A program made the translations under genes and the position numbers. 64,000 nucleotides of DNA from Verrucomicrobiia bacterium (GTDB lineage Bacteria; Verrucomicrobiota; Verrucomicrobiia; JADLBR01; JAIBCM01). Where the stretch lies: contig JAIBCM010000005.1 of assembly GCA_019694135.1 (NCBI GenBank), positions 34,541-98,540 on the forward strand, given 5' to 3'. The stretch's first letter is position 1; every line of letters starts with the position of its first letter. Positions 29,091 through 39,014 of the stretch are shown here, piece by piece. The notes below the pieces were generated by a model. That model saw nothing but the letters and a program-made list of their open reading frames with translations, ran no database searches and was not told the origin of the DNA.

Positions 29091-31043
29091 TCAAGGTTCA
29101 AACTGCGCGTTAAAAGCAACCGCTTCATTCCACTGCTGATGAAGTGTTTCTAATTTTTCGGTTATCGCAACCAGTTCACGATTGAGTTTCATGAACTCGT
29201 TTTTATCGGCGTAAGTTTCAGATTTCTCTAAAAGGGCGGTGATTTCTTTTTGCCGAATTTCGTGCTGGGCGATTTCTTGTTCTAAGCGCGTAAAATCGGC
29301 TTGCGCTTTTTTCTTTTTGGTAGCGCGAGCTTGTCGTTCTTGGGCTTCTTGACGCTTTTGTTCTTTGGTTTTGAAAATAGAGGTTTTGGGTCTGGTTTCT
29401 TCAAGCGCTTCAGAAGGACGTTCATCACTCAATCTTTCGCCTGCGACTAGGGCATGACGCTCTGAAATAGCGTTGGTTTTTTCTAAAAAATAATCGTAAT
29501 TACCCGTGTAAAAAGTGGGCACGCCCGCGCTGATATGAAGGACAGTTTTAGCGATGGAGCGAATAAAATGAACATCGTGGCTGATAAAGAGTAGCGTGCC
29601 TTGAAACTGATGAAGAGCGTCGATTAAAGCATCAATACTCGACATATCTAAATGGGTGGTCGGTTCATCCATCAATAAAAGATTGGGTGGATTCAACAAA
29701 AGTTTCACCAAAGCAAGACGCGATTTTTCTCCACCCGATAACACGCTAGTTTTTTTATAAACATCATCACCGGAAAAGAGAAAAGACCCGAGCACCGTGC
29801 GAGCTTGAACTTCGGGCACAGGATGAGGAATGCTCATCACTTCTTCCAAAACCGTTTTTTTAGGATTCAACATTTCAACGCGATTTTGTGAAAAATAACC
29901 AACATGAGTGTTGTGTCCTAATTTGCGTGTGCCTTGTTGAGGCGTCAGTTGACCACCTAAAATTTTGAGTAAAGTCGATTTGCCTGCTCCATTTGGACCG
30001 ACAAATACAGTGCGTTGACCGCGTTCCGCCTCAAAATGAATGCCTTGATAAACTTTTAAATCATCGTAAGCAAAATGAATATTTTCCAAAGTAATAACAT
30101 GTTGACCACTACGTGTAGGCTGTGGAAATTTGATTTTGACGCGTCTATCGGCTGATTCAGGTGCTTCAATTTTTTCCATCCGCTCAATTTGTTTGAGTTT
30201 GCTTTGAGCTTGAGAGGCTTTGCTGGCTTTAGCGCGAAACCGATCGGCAAATTCTTGTAAACGCTGAATTTCGTCTTGTTGATTTTTATAAGCCGCTAGC
30301 TGTTGGGCTTCGCGCGCGGCGCGTTCGGTTAAGTAATCGTCGTAGTTCCCGCGATATTTATTTAGTTTGCGATTTCGCAGTTCAAGAATGCCATCCACCA
30401 AAGCATTAATAAAAGCGCGATCATGCGAAATCATAAGAATAGCGCCGGGATAAGTTTGAAGATAGTTTTGAAACCAACCGAGCGATTCAAGATCGAGATG
30501 GTTAGTTGGTTCATCGAGCATAAGCAAACTTGGTTCCATCACTAATAAACGAGCCAAATGCGCCCTCATCACCCACCCTCCGCTCATTGTGCGCGCAAGC
30601 CGATTAAAATCACTCTCCCGAAAGGCCAAGCCTTTCAAAATACGTTTAGCTTTAGGATCTAGTTGAAATCCGCCTATTTCGGCGTAAGCACCCTGTGCAT
30701 CATGATACACCTCTGTGTCAGTCTGTCCCGTGCGATCGCCTTCATTTAAAATTCTCCGCAAACGGCCATGCTCTGGTGTAATAGCCGTGGCGAGTTCTAA
30801 AACCGTTTCATCCGTCGCCACTGCAGTTTCTTGCGGAAGGTAACCCAAATTAGCATCACGATCTAAAATAACGGACCCCGAGTCAGGCTCTTGATTTTGT
30901 AGAATAATAGAAAAAAGTGTGGATTTCCCAGCGCCATTTGCGCCCACTAACGCAAAGCGATCCCCATCATTTACTGTCAAAGAAACCTCTTCAAACAGAG
31001 TGCGCGCGCCAAAAGACTTAGAAACTTGAGAAAGCGTGAGCAT
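29091..31043 (-). CDS. ABC-F family ATP-binding protein
   Basis: Two NBDs (GANGAGKS/MSGGW/LDEPTNHLD and GPNGAGKS/LSGGEK/MDEPTTHLD), no TM segments, C-terminal coiled coil. Confidence 0.93.
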   Translation of the reverse strand: MLTLSQVSKSFGARTLFEEVSLTVNDGDRFALVGANGAGKSTLFSIILQNQEPDSGSVILDRDANLGYLPQETAVATDETVLELATAITPEHGRLRRILNEGDRTGQTDTEVYHDAQGAYAEIGGFQLDPKAKRILKGLAFRESDFNRLARTMSGGWVMRAHLARLLVMEPSLLMLDEPTNHLDLESLGWFQNYLQTYPGAILMISHDRAFINALVDGILELRNRKLNKYRGNYDDYLTERAAREAQQLAAYKNQQDEIQRLQEFADRFRAKASKASQAQSKLKQIERMEKIEAPESADRRVKIKFPQPTRSGQHVITLENIHFAYDDLKVYQGIHFEAERGQRTVFVGPNGAGKSTLLKILGGQLTPQQGTRKLGHNTHVGYFSQNRVEMLNPKKTVLEEVMSIPHPVPEVQARTVLGSFLFSGDDVYKKTSVLSGGEKSRLALVKLLLNPPNLLLMDEPTTHLDMSSIDALIDALHQFQGTLLFISHDVHFIRSIAKTVLHISAGVPTFYTGNYDYFLEKTNAISERHALVAGERLSDERPSEALEETRPKTSIFKTKEQKRQEAQERQARATKKKKAQADFTRLEQEIAQHEIRQKEITALLEKSETYADKNEFMKLNRELVAITEKLETLHQQWNEAVAFNAQFEP

Positions 31044-31068
31044 GGATAAACAAATTAAATTGATAAAT

Positions 31069-31144
<76 letters not shown>

Positions 31145-31198
31145 GAATGATTATTTATTTTGCGCGCTTTTAATTGAGAAACAAGCGAATTTTTAATT

Positions 31199-32443
31199 TT
31201 AAGCGTAACGTTTAACAATCAACGAACAATTATGACCGCCAAATCCAAACGAATTGCTCATCGCCACATCGATTTTAGCCTCTCTAGCTTTGTGTGGCAC
31301 ATAATCCAAATCGCATTCAGGATCGGGATCATCCAAATTAATTGTAGGAGGAATGATTCCTGTTTCAATCGCTTTAACGCAAATCGCTAACTCTACTGCT
31401 CCTGCAGCACCCAAAAGATGACCTGTCATCGATTTAGTAGAAGACACCATCACTTTTTTTGCATGGGCGCCAAATACTTTTTTGACTGCCATGGTTTCAC
31501 AAACATCGCCTTGCGGCGTCGATGTGCCATGAGCATTAATATAATCCACTGCTTCGGGATTAATCTGAGCGCGTTTCAAAGCATTTTGCATGGCTAACGC
31601 CGCGCCCGCACCTTCTGGCGAAGGAGCTGTCATATGGTGGGCATCAGCGCTTTGCCCATAACCAATAATTTCACCATAAATTTTTGCTCCACGCCGTTTG
31701 GCATGTTCTAACTCTTCTAAAACCATTACCCCTGCTCCCTCAGCCATGACAAAACCATCGCGCGCTTTATCAAAAGGTCGCGAAGCTCGTTGCGGCTCAT
31801 CATTGCGAGTGCTTAATGCGCGCATCGCACCAAATCCGCCTACCGCCATGGGACAAATGGTGGATTCGCTGCCACCTGCTACAATCACATCCGCATCATC
31901 ATCTCGAATCACACGCCATGCTTCACCGACTGACTGACCCGAAGTTGCGCAGGCCGTGACAACGGCAAAATTAGGACCGCGAAATCCGTATTCCATGGAG
32001 ATCAATCCGGAAGCGATGTTACTAATAAGCATCGGTATCAAAAAAGGCGATAATCGGCCAGGCCCCTTTTGCATAAGCACGGTATGCTGAGCCTCTAAAG
32101 TTCCTAAGCCACCAATACCAGAGCCTACCAAAACACCGATGCGATCCAAATTTAAATTGCCGCTTAGCAAACCTGCTTCTTGCACCGCTTCTTTGGCCGC
32201 GGCCATCGCCACTTGCGTGTAGCGATCGGTGCGCTTGACCTCTTTAGGATTTTTAAAAGCAGTAACAGGATTAAATCCTTTTATCTCACCAGCGATTTGA
32301 CAATCATAAGCAGAAACATCAAAAGCCTGGATTTTATCAATCCCACTTTTACCTTGAGCTAATGCAGACCAAAACTCAGGCACGGTATTGCCCAAAGGCG
32401 TTACCGCACCAAGTCCCGTCACAACAACACGTCTTCCGCTCAT
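31199..32443 (-). CDS. fabF: 3-oxoacyl-ACP synthase II
   Basis: RVVVTGLG, TACATS, DAHH, INAHGTST, SNSFGFGGHN. Confidence 0.96.
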   Translation of the reverse strand: MSGRRVVVTGLGAVTPLGNTVPEFWSALAQGKSGIDKIQAFDVSAYDCQIAGEIKGFNPVTAFKNPKEVKRTDRYTQVAMAAAKEAVQEAGLLSGNLNLDRIGVLVGSGIGGLGTLEAQHTVLMQKGPGRLSPFLIPMLISNIASGLISMEYGFRGPNFAVVTACATSGQSVGEAWRVIRDDDADVIVAGGSESTICPMAVGGFGAMRALSTRNDEPQRASRPFDKARDGFVMAEGAGVMVLEELEHAKRRGAKIYGEIIGYGQSADAHHMTAPSPEGAGAALAMQNALKRAQINPEAVDYINAHGTSTPQGDVCETMAVKKVFGAHAKKVMVSSTKSMTGHLLGAAGAVELAICVKAIETGIIPPTINLDDPDPECDLDYVPHKAREAKIDVAMSNSFGFGGHNCSLIVKRYA

Positions 32444-32493
32444 GATGAGAGCCTAACGGATAAAGGGTTAAAATTTAGAATTACTAAGGGTAA

Positions 32494-32739
32494 TTATTTT
32501 TCAGCTTTATCTCGCAAATAATCAACCACATTACCTACGGTTTGCAATTTTTCAGCGTCTTCATCGGGAACTTCCACGCCAAACTCTTCTTCGAACGCCA
32601 TTACTAATTCAACAGTGTCCAAAGAATCCGCGCCCAAATCCTCAATGAACTTCGCTTCGGGAACGACCTGCTCAGCATTCACGCCAAGCTGTTCTACAAT
32701 AATTTCTTTAACTCTTTCTTCGAGTGTCTTATCTGCCAT
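32494..32739 (-). CDS. acpP: Acyl carrier protein
   Basis: [12 protein letters not shown] phosphopantetheine site; SD AGGAG. Confidence 0.97.
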   Translation of the reverse strand: MADKTLEERVKEIIVEQLGVNAEQVVPEAKFIEDLGADSLDTVELVMAFEEEFGVEVPDEDAEKLQTVGNVVDYLRDKAEK

Positions 32740-32827
32740 AGTTATCTCCTAGTTTTTACTTAGCGGGTTATTGCGTCTTTTCAATGGATTTGGCAATCGT
32801 TTTTTTCATTTTTTTTAAAAAAAGTTT

Positions 32828-33568
32828 TTACATCACCATGCCACCATCCACCGTTAACACCTGGCCCGTCACATATCGACCTGCTTCGGAAGCCAAATAA
32901 AGCGCCGCTTCTGCGATGTCTTTTGGCTCTCCGAAAAATCCAAGCGGAATGGTTTCCTTAATTTTATTGCGAATCCCTTCGGGTAAGGCATCTGTCATAT
33001 CGCTCACAATAAAGCCAGGCGCAATTACATTACACGTAATGCTGCGTCCCGCAAATTCGCGAGCCACCGATTTCGAAAAACCAATCAAACCCGCTTTGGA
33101 TGCGGCGTAATTTGCCTGCCCAGCATTTCCTCGCAAAGCAATCACGGATGAAATATGAATCAATCGACCGGAACGTTGCTTTGCCATAACCTGACTAATC
33201 GCGCGGGTCCAATAAAAAGCGCCTTTAAGATTAGTATTAAGCACGGTGTCCCAATCCTCCTCACTCATTCGCATCAAAAGCTTATCTCGTGTAACTCCTG
33301 CATTATTAACCAAAATATCCACCTTAGGAAAATCTTTAAGAATCTTTTCAATCACCGCTTCCGACTCCGCCAGATTTGCAATATCCACCCCATAAGCAAT
33401 CGCTTTGCGTCCTAGAGCGCGAATTTCATCCGCCGATTTTTCAGCATTGGCCAACGTGCGACTCACACAAGCGACATCTGCCCCTTCTTGAGCAAAAATT
33501 TTCGCAATCGCCGCGCCAATACCTCGTCCCGCTCCGGTTACAATCGCTGTCTTTCCTGCTAATCTCAT
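32828..33568 (-). CDS. fabG: 3-oxoacyl-ACP reductase
   Basis: Start MRLAGK at 33568 with SD AGGAG; TGAGRGIG, NNAG, YAASK. Confidence 0.95.
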   Translation of the reverse strand: MRLAGKTAIVTGAGRGIGAAIAKIFAQEGADVACVSRTLANAEKSADEIRALGRKAIAYGVDIANLAESEAVIEKILKDFPKVDILVNNAGVTRDKLLMRMSEEDWDTVLNTNLKGAFYWTRAISQVMAKQRSGRLIHISSVIALRGNAGQANYAASKAGLIGFSKSVAREFAGRSITCNVIAPGFIVSDMTDALPEGIRNKIKETIPLGFFGEPKDIAEAALYLASEAGRYVTGQVLTVDGGMVM

Positions 33569-33576
33569 GATTTCTC

Positions 33577-34527
33577 CTAAACTTTTTCCAATTTTTCTAC
33601 ATTTTCTTTTACCCAAACGATTCCTTTTTCAAGCGACACGGCATCCGAAATGCTAGTGATTTGAAGCTCGGGATCAATGCGCTTTAACAATCCTGCTATG
33701 ACCTCACCAGGCCCCAATTCAATAAAATGAGACACCCCTTGTGCTTTCAAATAGCGAATGCTTTCCTCCCAACGCACGCTTCCTGTCACTTGTTCTAAGA
33801 GCAACGAGGCAATCGCTTGAGAATCGGAAACCGATTGTGCGGTGTAGTTCGCTACCACAGGAAACTGTAGCTCTTCCCAAGACACACCCGCCAAAGCTTG
33901 GGCTAATTCTTCACGAGCCGGTTTCATCAAACGAGAGTGGTAAGCGCCCGCTACTTTTAAGGGTAATGCTCGTTTAATCCCCATTTCCTTGGCTAAAGCT
34001 GGAACAACTTCCAAATTCGAACTTAATCCAGATAAAACAATTTGGCCGGGACAATTATAATTCGCAACATCCACATCCGATTTTTTAGCCATCTCCTGAG
34101 CTTGTTCCGAAGTCGCTCCAATTAAAGAAACCATGCCTCCTGCACTTTGTTCACACGCTTTTTGCATCGCCGCACCGCGAATAGAAACTAATTTCAACCC
34201 TTCCGAAAAACTAAAACTGCCCGCAGCCGCATGCGCAGTAAATTCACCCAAAGATAATCCCGCAGCAAAACTTGGAGTTATCTCGACTTTCGACCGAAGC
34301 GCCGCCCAACAAGCCAAGCCATGAACATATAGTGCGGGCTGACAATAACGCGTTTCGGTGAGTTTAGTTTCTGGTCCTTGGAAACAAACTTCAGTCAATT
34401 CATAACCCAAAATTCGATTCGCCTCTTCAAAAATCTCGCGACAAATCGGTTGATCCATCAAGTCCGCGCCCATGCCCACCTTTTGCGCGCCCTGTCCAGA
34501 AAACAGCAAAGCAATTTTTTGACTCAT
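33577..34527 (-). CDS. fabD: Malonyl-CoA:ACP transacylase
   Basis: Start MSQKI at 34527; FSGQGAQ, GLSLGE, GAYHS, ELGPG. Confidence 0.95.
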   Translation of the reverse strand: MSQKIALLFSGQGAQKVGMGADLMDQPICREIFEEANRILGYELTEVCFQGPETKLTETRYCQPALYVHGLACWAALRSKVEITPSFAAGLSLGEFTAHAAAGSFSFSEGLKLVSIRGAAMQKACEQSAGGMVSLIGATSEQAQEMAKKSDVDVANYNCPGQIVLSGLSSNLEVVPALAKEMGIKRALPLKVAGAYHSRLMKPAREELAQALAGVSWEELQFPVVANYTAQSVSDSQAIASLLLEQVTGSVRWEESIRYLKAQGVSHFIELGPGEVIAGLLKRIDPELQITSISDAVSLEKGIVWVKENVEKLEKV

Positions 34528-34622
34528 AATGCAATGATCTGACTCTTGGCAAGACCTTCTCATTTGGCAAGCTTCTTTTCCATTGCCTAAAAATCAACTT
34601 CTTTTAAAGAAAGGAAAAGATT

Positions 34623-35126
34623 ATGTTAACTCGAGAATGGATGATCCAAGCTCCGAATTCGGAGTGCTCTCTTACTCAGCAACCTTTTGCTGAAGGCGAA
34701 ATGGTTTATTCCATTTTGGAACGAGTGGGTCAAGTTTTTCAGCGACGCGATTTTAGCGAAAAAACCTGGATCGAACATGCTCCCGATTTCAAACCGCTTT
34801 GCTTTTGGAAAACAGCTTTTAAACCCCCCGCACCAGTTCAGGAAGAGACGCTTAAAAAGAATGATGCAGAGTCTCTATTGCGCAATCTCGTAAAAAAAGA
34901 TGAGCCAACAACTTTAAACACTCGTTATATTTTAGCCGCCATGCTGGAACGCAAACGCATTCTCAAACAAATCGAAAAAATTCAGGAAAACGACAAAAAA
35001 GTTTTGGTTTACGAGCATGCTACCACTGGAGAAACATTTCTTATTATTGATCCTCAACTGCAGCTCGATCACCTCTTTGAAGTGCAAACGGAAGTGGCAC
35101 AGCTTTTAACCCAAGCCACCAGCTAA
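34623..35126 (+). CDS. Conserved-looking hypothetical protein
   Basis: 167 aa ORF (FWKT, YILAAMLERKRILK); no function assignable. Confidence 0.65.
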   Translation: MLTREWMIQAPNSECSLTQQPFAEGEMVYSILERVGQVFQRRDFSEKTWIEHAPDFKPLCFWKTAFKPPAPVQEETLKKNDAESLLRNLVKKDEPTTLNTRYILAAMLERKRILKQIEKIQENDKKVLVYEHATTGETFLIIDPQLQLDHLFEVQTEVAQLLTQATS

Positions 35127-35608
35127 TTCCTGAAATTTTCAAACGATAACGCCACACCAAAATCTTTGGATCGCACCAAAGCAATCACGGATTGTAATTC
35201 ATCACGCGATTTTCCTGTCACACGAATCTTCTTTTCTTGCTGTTGAGTCGTCACTTTTAATTTGGAGTCGCGAATAGCTTGATTAATTTCTTTAGCTTTT
35301 TCATGTTCAATGCCGCGTTTCACGGTCAATTCCATAGCCGCATGACCCGTAGAAGAGATTTGCACTTCGCCACGATCAATATTTTGCAAGGGAACATTGC
35401 GACGTGCTAATTTATTAATCACAATTTCTTGTAAGCTTCGCATCAACGTCGCGTTATCGGCGCGTAATTTAATTTTTTCTTTCTCTGTAAGAATTTCACA
35501 TAAGGAATTTTTAAAATCAAATCGGGTTGCAATTTCCTTACGCGCTTGATTTAAAGCATTGTCCACTTCTTGAGCATCGACTTCTGAAACAATATCAAAG
35601 GAGGGCAT
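35123..35608 (-). CDS. yajQ: YajQ family nucleotide/c-di-GMP-binding protein
   Basis: MPSFDIVS start at 35608; RFDFK, KIRVTGKSRDELQ, FENFR. Confidence 0.93.
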   Translation of the reverse strand: MPSFDIVSEVDAQEVDNALNQARKEIATRFDFKNSLCEILTEKEKIKLRADNATLMRSLQEIVINKLARRNVPLQNIDRGEVQISSTGHAAMELTVKRGIEHEKAKEINQAIRDSKLKVTTQQQEKKIRVTGKSRDELQSVIALVRSKDFGVALSFENFRN

Positions 35609-35612
35609 ATTT

Positions 35613-36389
35613 TTAAATAGTAACACTCTGCCCCTCCCGAGCAAGTTTCACTTCAGCAGTTAATCGACTTTTTTGGGCTAAATCTTGCAACTGATCTTCT
35701 TGTTCAGCCCAATTATCGCCATGATGAATCAACCACACTTTTTTAAGAGGCTTGGCAGCTAAATATTCGAACAAAGACTCAGGTGAAAAATGGGCCATCT
35801 CACAAATCAATCCATCCACCGGTTGACTCCAAATTTTTTCCAAATCTTCGGGTTTAGCCATATCCGCGGAATAAGCCAGTCGCTTCCCTTCACTCTCAAA
35901 AGTAACGCCATAACAATCAAAACAAACCTCAGGATAATCTCGTAAAAATCTTTCGCGCAATCGATCCAGATGGGTGGTAGCAAAACCTTTTAATCGCAAT
36001 GATCGACAGGCTAAAATTTCTCCTTCTACAATCTCATGCCATTGCAAAGAAAAGCCCAATAATTCAGAAAATAATAAACGATTTTCCAATTCTTTTTTCA
36101 AAATCTTTACCAACCCAGATGACGCATAAATGGCGAGTTCGCGTTTACGTTTTTGCAACCAAAGCGCTTGAATCCAATGACTGAAATTGCCCACATGATC
36201 ACTATGTGCATGACTCAACCATACTCCATCCACAATATCTGCAGATAATCCTTGTTGTTTCAAAAACCGATTCACTTCAGCGCCACAATCCAAAAGCAAC
36301 GTGCCCAACTCGCTCTTAACCAACACCGCAGTATGCTGGCGGGAAGAAGAAGGATGTCCAGAAGCTGTGCCTAAAAAGCTGAGTTTCAT
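35613..36389 (-). CDS. Metallo-beta-lactamase fold hydrolase, RNase Z-like
   Basis: FLGTASG.P, LLDCG, SHAHSDH, YSAD, CE.AH, LIHH. Confidence 0.8.
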   Translation of the reverse strand: MKLSFLGTASGHPSSSRQHTAVLVKSELGTLLLDCGAEVNRFLKQQGLSADIVDGVWLSHAHSDHVGNFSHWIQALWLQKRKRELAIYASSGLVKILKKELENRLLFSELLGFSLQWHEIVEGEILACRSLRLKGFATTHLDRLRERFLRDYPEVCFDCYGVTFESEGKRLAYSADMAKPEDLEKIWSQPVDGLICEMAHFSPESLFEYLAAKPLKKVWLIHHGDNWAEQEDQLQDLAQKSRLTAEVKLAREGQSVTI

Positions 36390-36457
36390 TCTTTTCCAAA
36401 TTACGCTATTTTTTTTTAATCGTCACAACTTTTTTCGTCATTGACAGTTTATTACAG

Positions 36458-37363
36458 TTGTCGAGATTCTTTTCCTGCATGAAAATGGTGGCAGGCTTCT
36501 GCTTTTTTCTGGTCACATTTCTTTGGGGCACTTTTTATTCCGTAACCAAGGAAGCCCTAGAACGAATCGACCCCATCATTTTTGCCTTTCTGGAAACCAG
36601 CATGACTTTGCCTTTTGCCATGGGTGTTTTAATATGGCATCGTAAAAAACTTTTTTATGAACTCTGGAAAAGTGGCATTGTTTTAGGTTTTCTTCTTTAT
36701 CTTAATCTTCTCACTGCAGCGATTGCATTAACTCACACTACTGCAACCAACACCGCTTTTTTCCCTTCGATTAATGGCATTCTTGTTACCCTTATGGCAT
36801 GGTTGATGCGAAAAAGTTATATTTCTCCGATGACTTGGGTTGCAGGAACCCTTTCGCTTTTGGGAACGATTTTATTGATTATAAGCCATTCCAGTTTTCA
36901 TGGACAATGGCGCGGCGATTTGATCGCTCTTCTGGCACCCTTTTTTTATGCCTGCTATATTTTTCGAATCGATTACGACACCCGTGGCTTTACCCAAACA
37001 CTATGGCCTCTCATTGGCATTGAATTAATTACTCTTTGCTTTCTTTGCGGAATTACCGCTTTTTTCTTTAGTGATTGGTCACATTTTCATCCCGATCTTC
37101 CTAAAGATTTTTATGTCATTGGCTATGTGGGTCTTTTAACGACTTTATTCCCCGTAATTGTTTCGACTCTGCTACAAAAATATCTTTCTCCCATTTCAGT
37201 CGCTTTTATCTTTATTTTGGAACCACTCTGGGGCGCGATGATTGCCGCCATTTATTTGGGGGAAAAGTTGAATTTCATAGGTTACTTAGGAGGAGGTTTG
37301 ATTATATTAGCCAGCATGCTTAACACACTATCAAGCAGCGGACGTCAACAAACTGAAACTTAA
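36458..37363 (+). CDS. DMT/EamA family transporter (start may be the ATG at 36479)
   Basis: About 10 TM segments; LWGTF, GDLIAL, ILEPLWG..IAAIYLGE. Confidence 0.88.
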   Translation: MSRFFSCMKMVAGFCFFLVTFLWGTFYSVTKEALERIDPIIFAFLETSMTLPFAMGVLIWHRKKLFYELWKSGIVLGFLLYLNLLTAAIALTHTTATNTAFFPSINGILVTLMAWLMRKSYISPMTWVAGTLSLLGTILLIISHSSFHGQWRGDLIALLAPFFYACYIFRIDYDTRGFTQTLWPLIGIELITLCFLCGITAFFFSDWSHFHPDLPKDFYVIGYVGLLTTLFPVIVSTLLQKYLSPISVAFIFILEPLWGAMIAAIYLGEKLNFIGYLGGGLIILASMLNTLSSSGRQQTET

Positions 37364-37387
37364 AACTAACTCTTATTATTTGTATTA

Positions 37388-38905
37388 TTAAGGAACCAGA
37401 ACCGGTTGAGACGCTGGCGTCCTAATCGATTCTGCTATTTGAGGATTTTCCATAAGTGGATGATGAATGACCTGAAGTTGCGCTGGACTCTTGGATGCAT
37501 CAAATTCTATAGAAGCATCCGGTGTTTTATCTCCAGAAGCAATTTCTAAAATATGAAATGTTAAAGCCGATGCGGCATTTTTATCGTTAGTATCTGAAAC
37601 AAAAAAACCATTGCCAGCATTTTTGGGAAAATCGTTTCCCTTCGTTGTAAAATATTTTTCATGATTTCCTGCCCCCATAATCATGGTAATACCCTTAGGA
37701 TTAGAAAACTGTTTTCGAGCATGGATTGCTAAAGTTTCTGGGTTAGCAAACTCCAGATCGCCTGTCTTATCAATTAATTTTGTGACAACTCTAACTTCAA
37801 TACCTGCAGCAGCCGAATCTTCTTTAAGAACCGCTATTTGAGCTTTAGCCGCCTCTAAGTTTGCTTTTTCATTACCGTCTTTATAAATAACGATATCAAT
37901 TTCAACTACTCCTCGTGAAGAAACTTTGCCCATTGAAACTCTTTCCATACTACCACTAATTGTTGGGTAGGTAATTTGAAGCTCGCTTCCTGGAAAAGCC
38001 TTAATCTGATCACTGACAACGCGATTTGCGGTTGTATCTTTTAACGCGTTGAAAATTAAAGGCTCTGAGCGAAATGTTGCTGGATTTTTCCCATCTTCCA
38101 CACGACGAAATTCGATTTCAACCACATCCATAGGCTCATGAGTCACGGGATCATAGCTCGTTAGGAAATGCTTGCGTATTTTTACGTTATCTGGCCAATT
38201 TTCTTCCGTAAACTGAATATAAAAAGCTCTTTCAGATTGCGTGACTTCCATAGATAAATCTGAAGGAAAAGAAATATAGGTTAATTCTTTAGCACTGCCC
38301 CATTTTTTTATCGGAAAATGTTCATGAATAAACGGATTTTTAAGAGGATGAAGAGGTTGGCCATCTTGATTATAAACTTTGTTTCGATCCCAAAAATCGT
38401 AAATATAATCGCCTTTGGCTTCATAAATTTCTCCATCGGCAGTGATAAGTCCCGTAGTGGAATCAGTTTCTACTTTTTTAGGGTTTAATTTTTTATCTTT
38501 TGGGTTAATATAATAAAATTGTTCGCCTATTTTTATAATATCTTTTTGTGCAACAATTAAATAACCTTGCTTGTCATAGTAATTACCTTTTTCATCCTTC
38601 GTAAAACCTTTTTCCTCAATAACATATTTCATCTGACCCAAAGCTATTCTTCTGCGAATTTCATCTGGCATAATTCGTTGTTCGGGATCATAATTTACAA
38701 AATATGCATCTTTATATTGTCCATCGACATAGGCAACGTAACGTTCTATGCCTGGTTCAAAAGTAGGACTAGTGACTTGTAAATTTGAAATTTGCCTAAA
38801 ATTTTTATCAACAAACTGGTATCGAGAATTTTGAGAAGAAATTTGTCCAAAGGCCCTAGTCGCATGTTGAGCTTTATTTTTTGGATCGTCTTTTTCTTTA
38901 GTCAT
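37388..38905 (-). CDS. Orphan protein (about 505 aa; start MTKEK at 38905, track start 38923)
   Basis: Long ORF, no signal peptide; Tyr/Gly/Asp-rich N-terminal half. Confidence 0.7.
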   Translation of the reverse strand: MTKEKDDPKNKAQHATRAFGQISSQNSRYQFVDKNFRQISNLQVTSPTFEPGIERYVAYVDGQYKDAYFVNYDPEQRIMPDEIRRRIALGQMKYVIEEKGFTKDEKGNYYDKQGYLIVAQKDIIKIGEQFYYINPKDKKLNPKKVETDSTTGLITADGEIYEAKGDYIYDFWDRNKVYNQDGQPLHPLKNPFIHEHFPIKKWGSAKELTYISFPSDLSMEVTQSERAFYIQFTEENWPDNVKIRKHFLTSYDPVTHEPMDVVEIEFRRVEDGKNPATFRSEPLIFNALKDTTANRVVSDQIKAFPGSELQITYPTISGSMERVSMGKVSSRGVVEIDIVIYKDGNEKANLEAAKAQIAVLKEDSAAAGIEVRVVTKLIDKTGDLEFANPETLAIHARKQFSNPKGITMIMGAGNHEKYFTTKGNDFPKNAGNGFFVSDTNDKNAASALTFHILEIASGDKTPDASIEFDASKSPAQLQVIHHPLMENPQIAESIRTPASQPVLVP

Positions 38906-39014
38906 AATTTTAAAATAAAACACAAGTTCTTAAAATTGCAATTTATTATGTTTTATTAATAATTTTTATATTATGGGTAATAAATCTTTATTCAATATAT
39001 TGACGAACCAAAGA

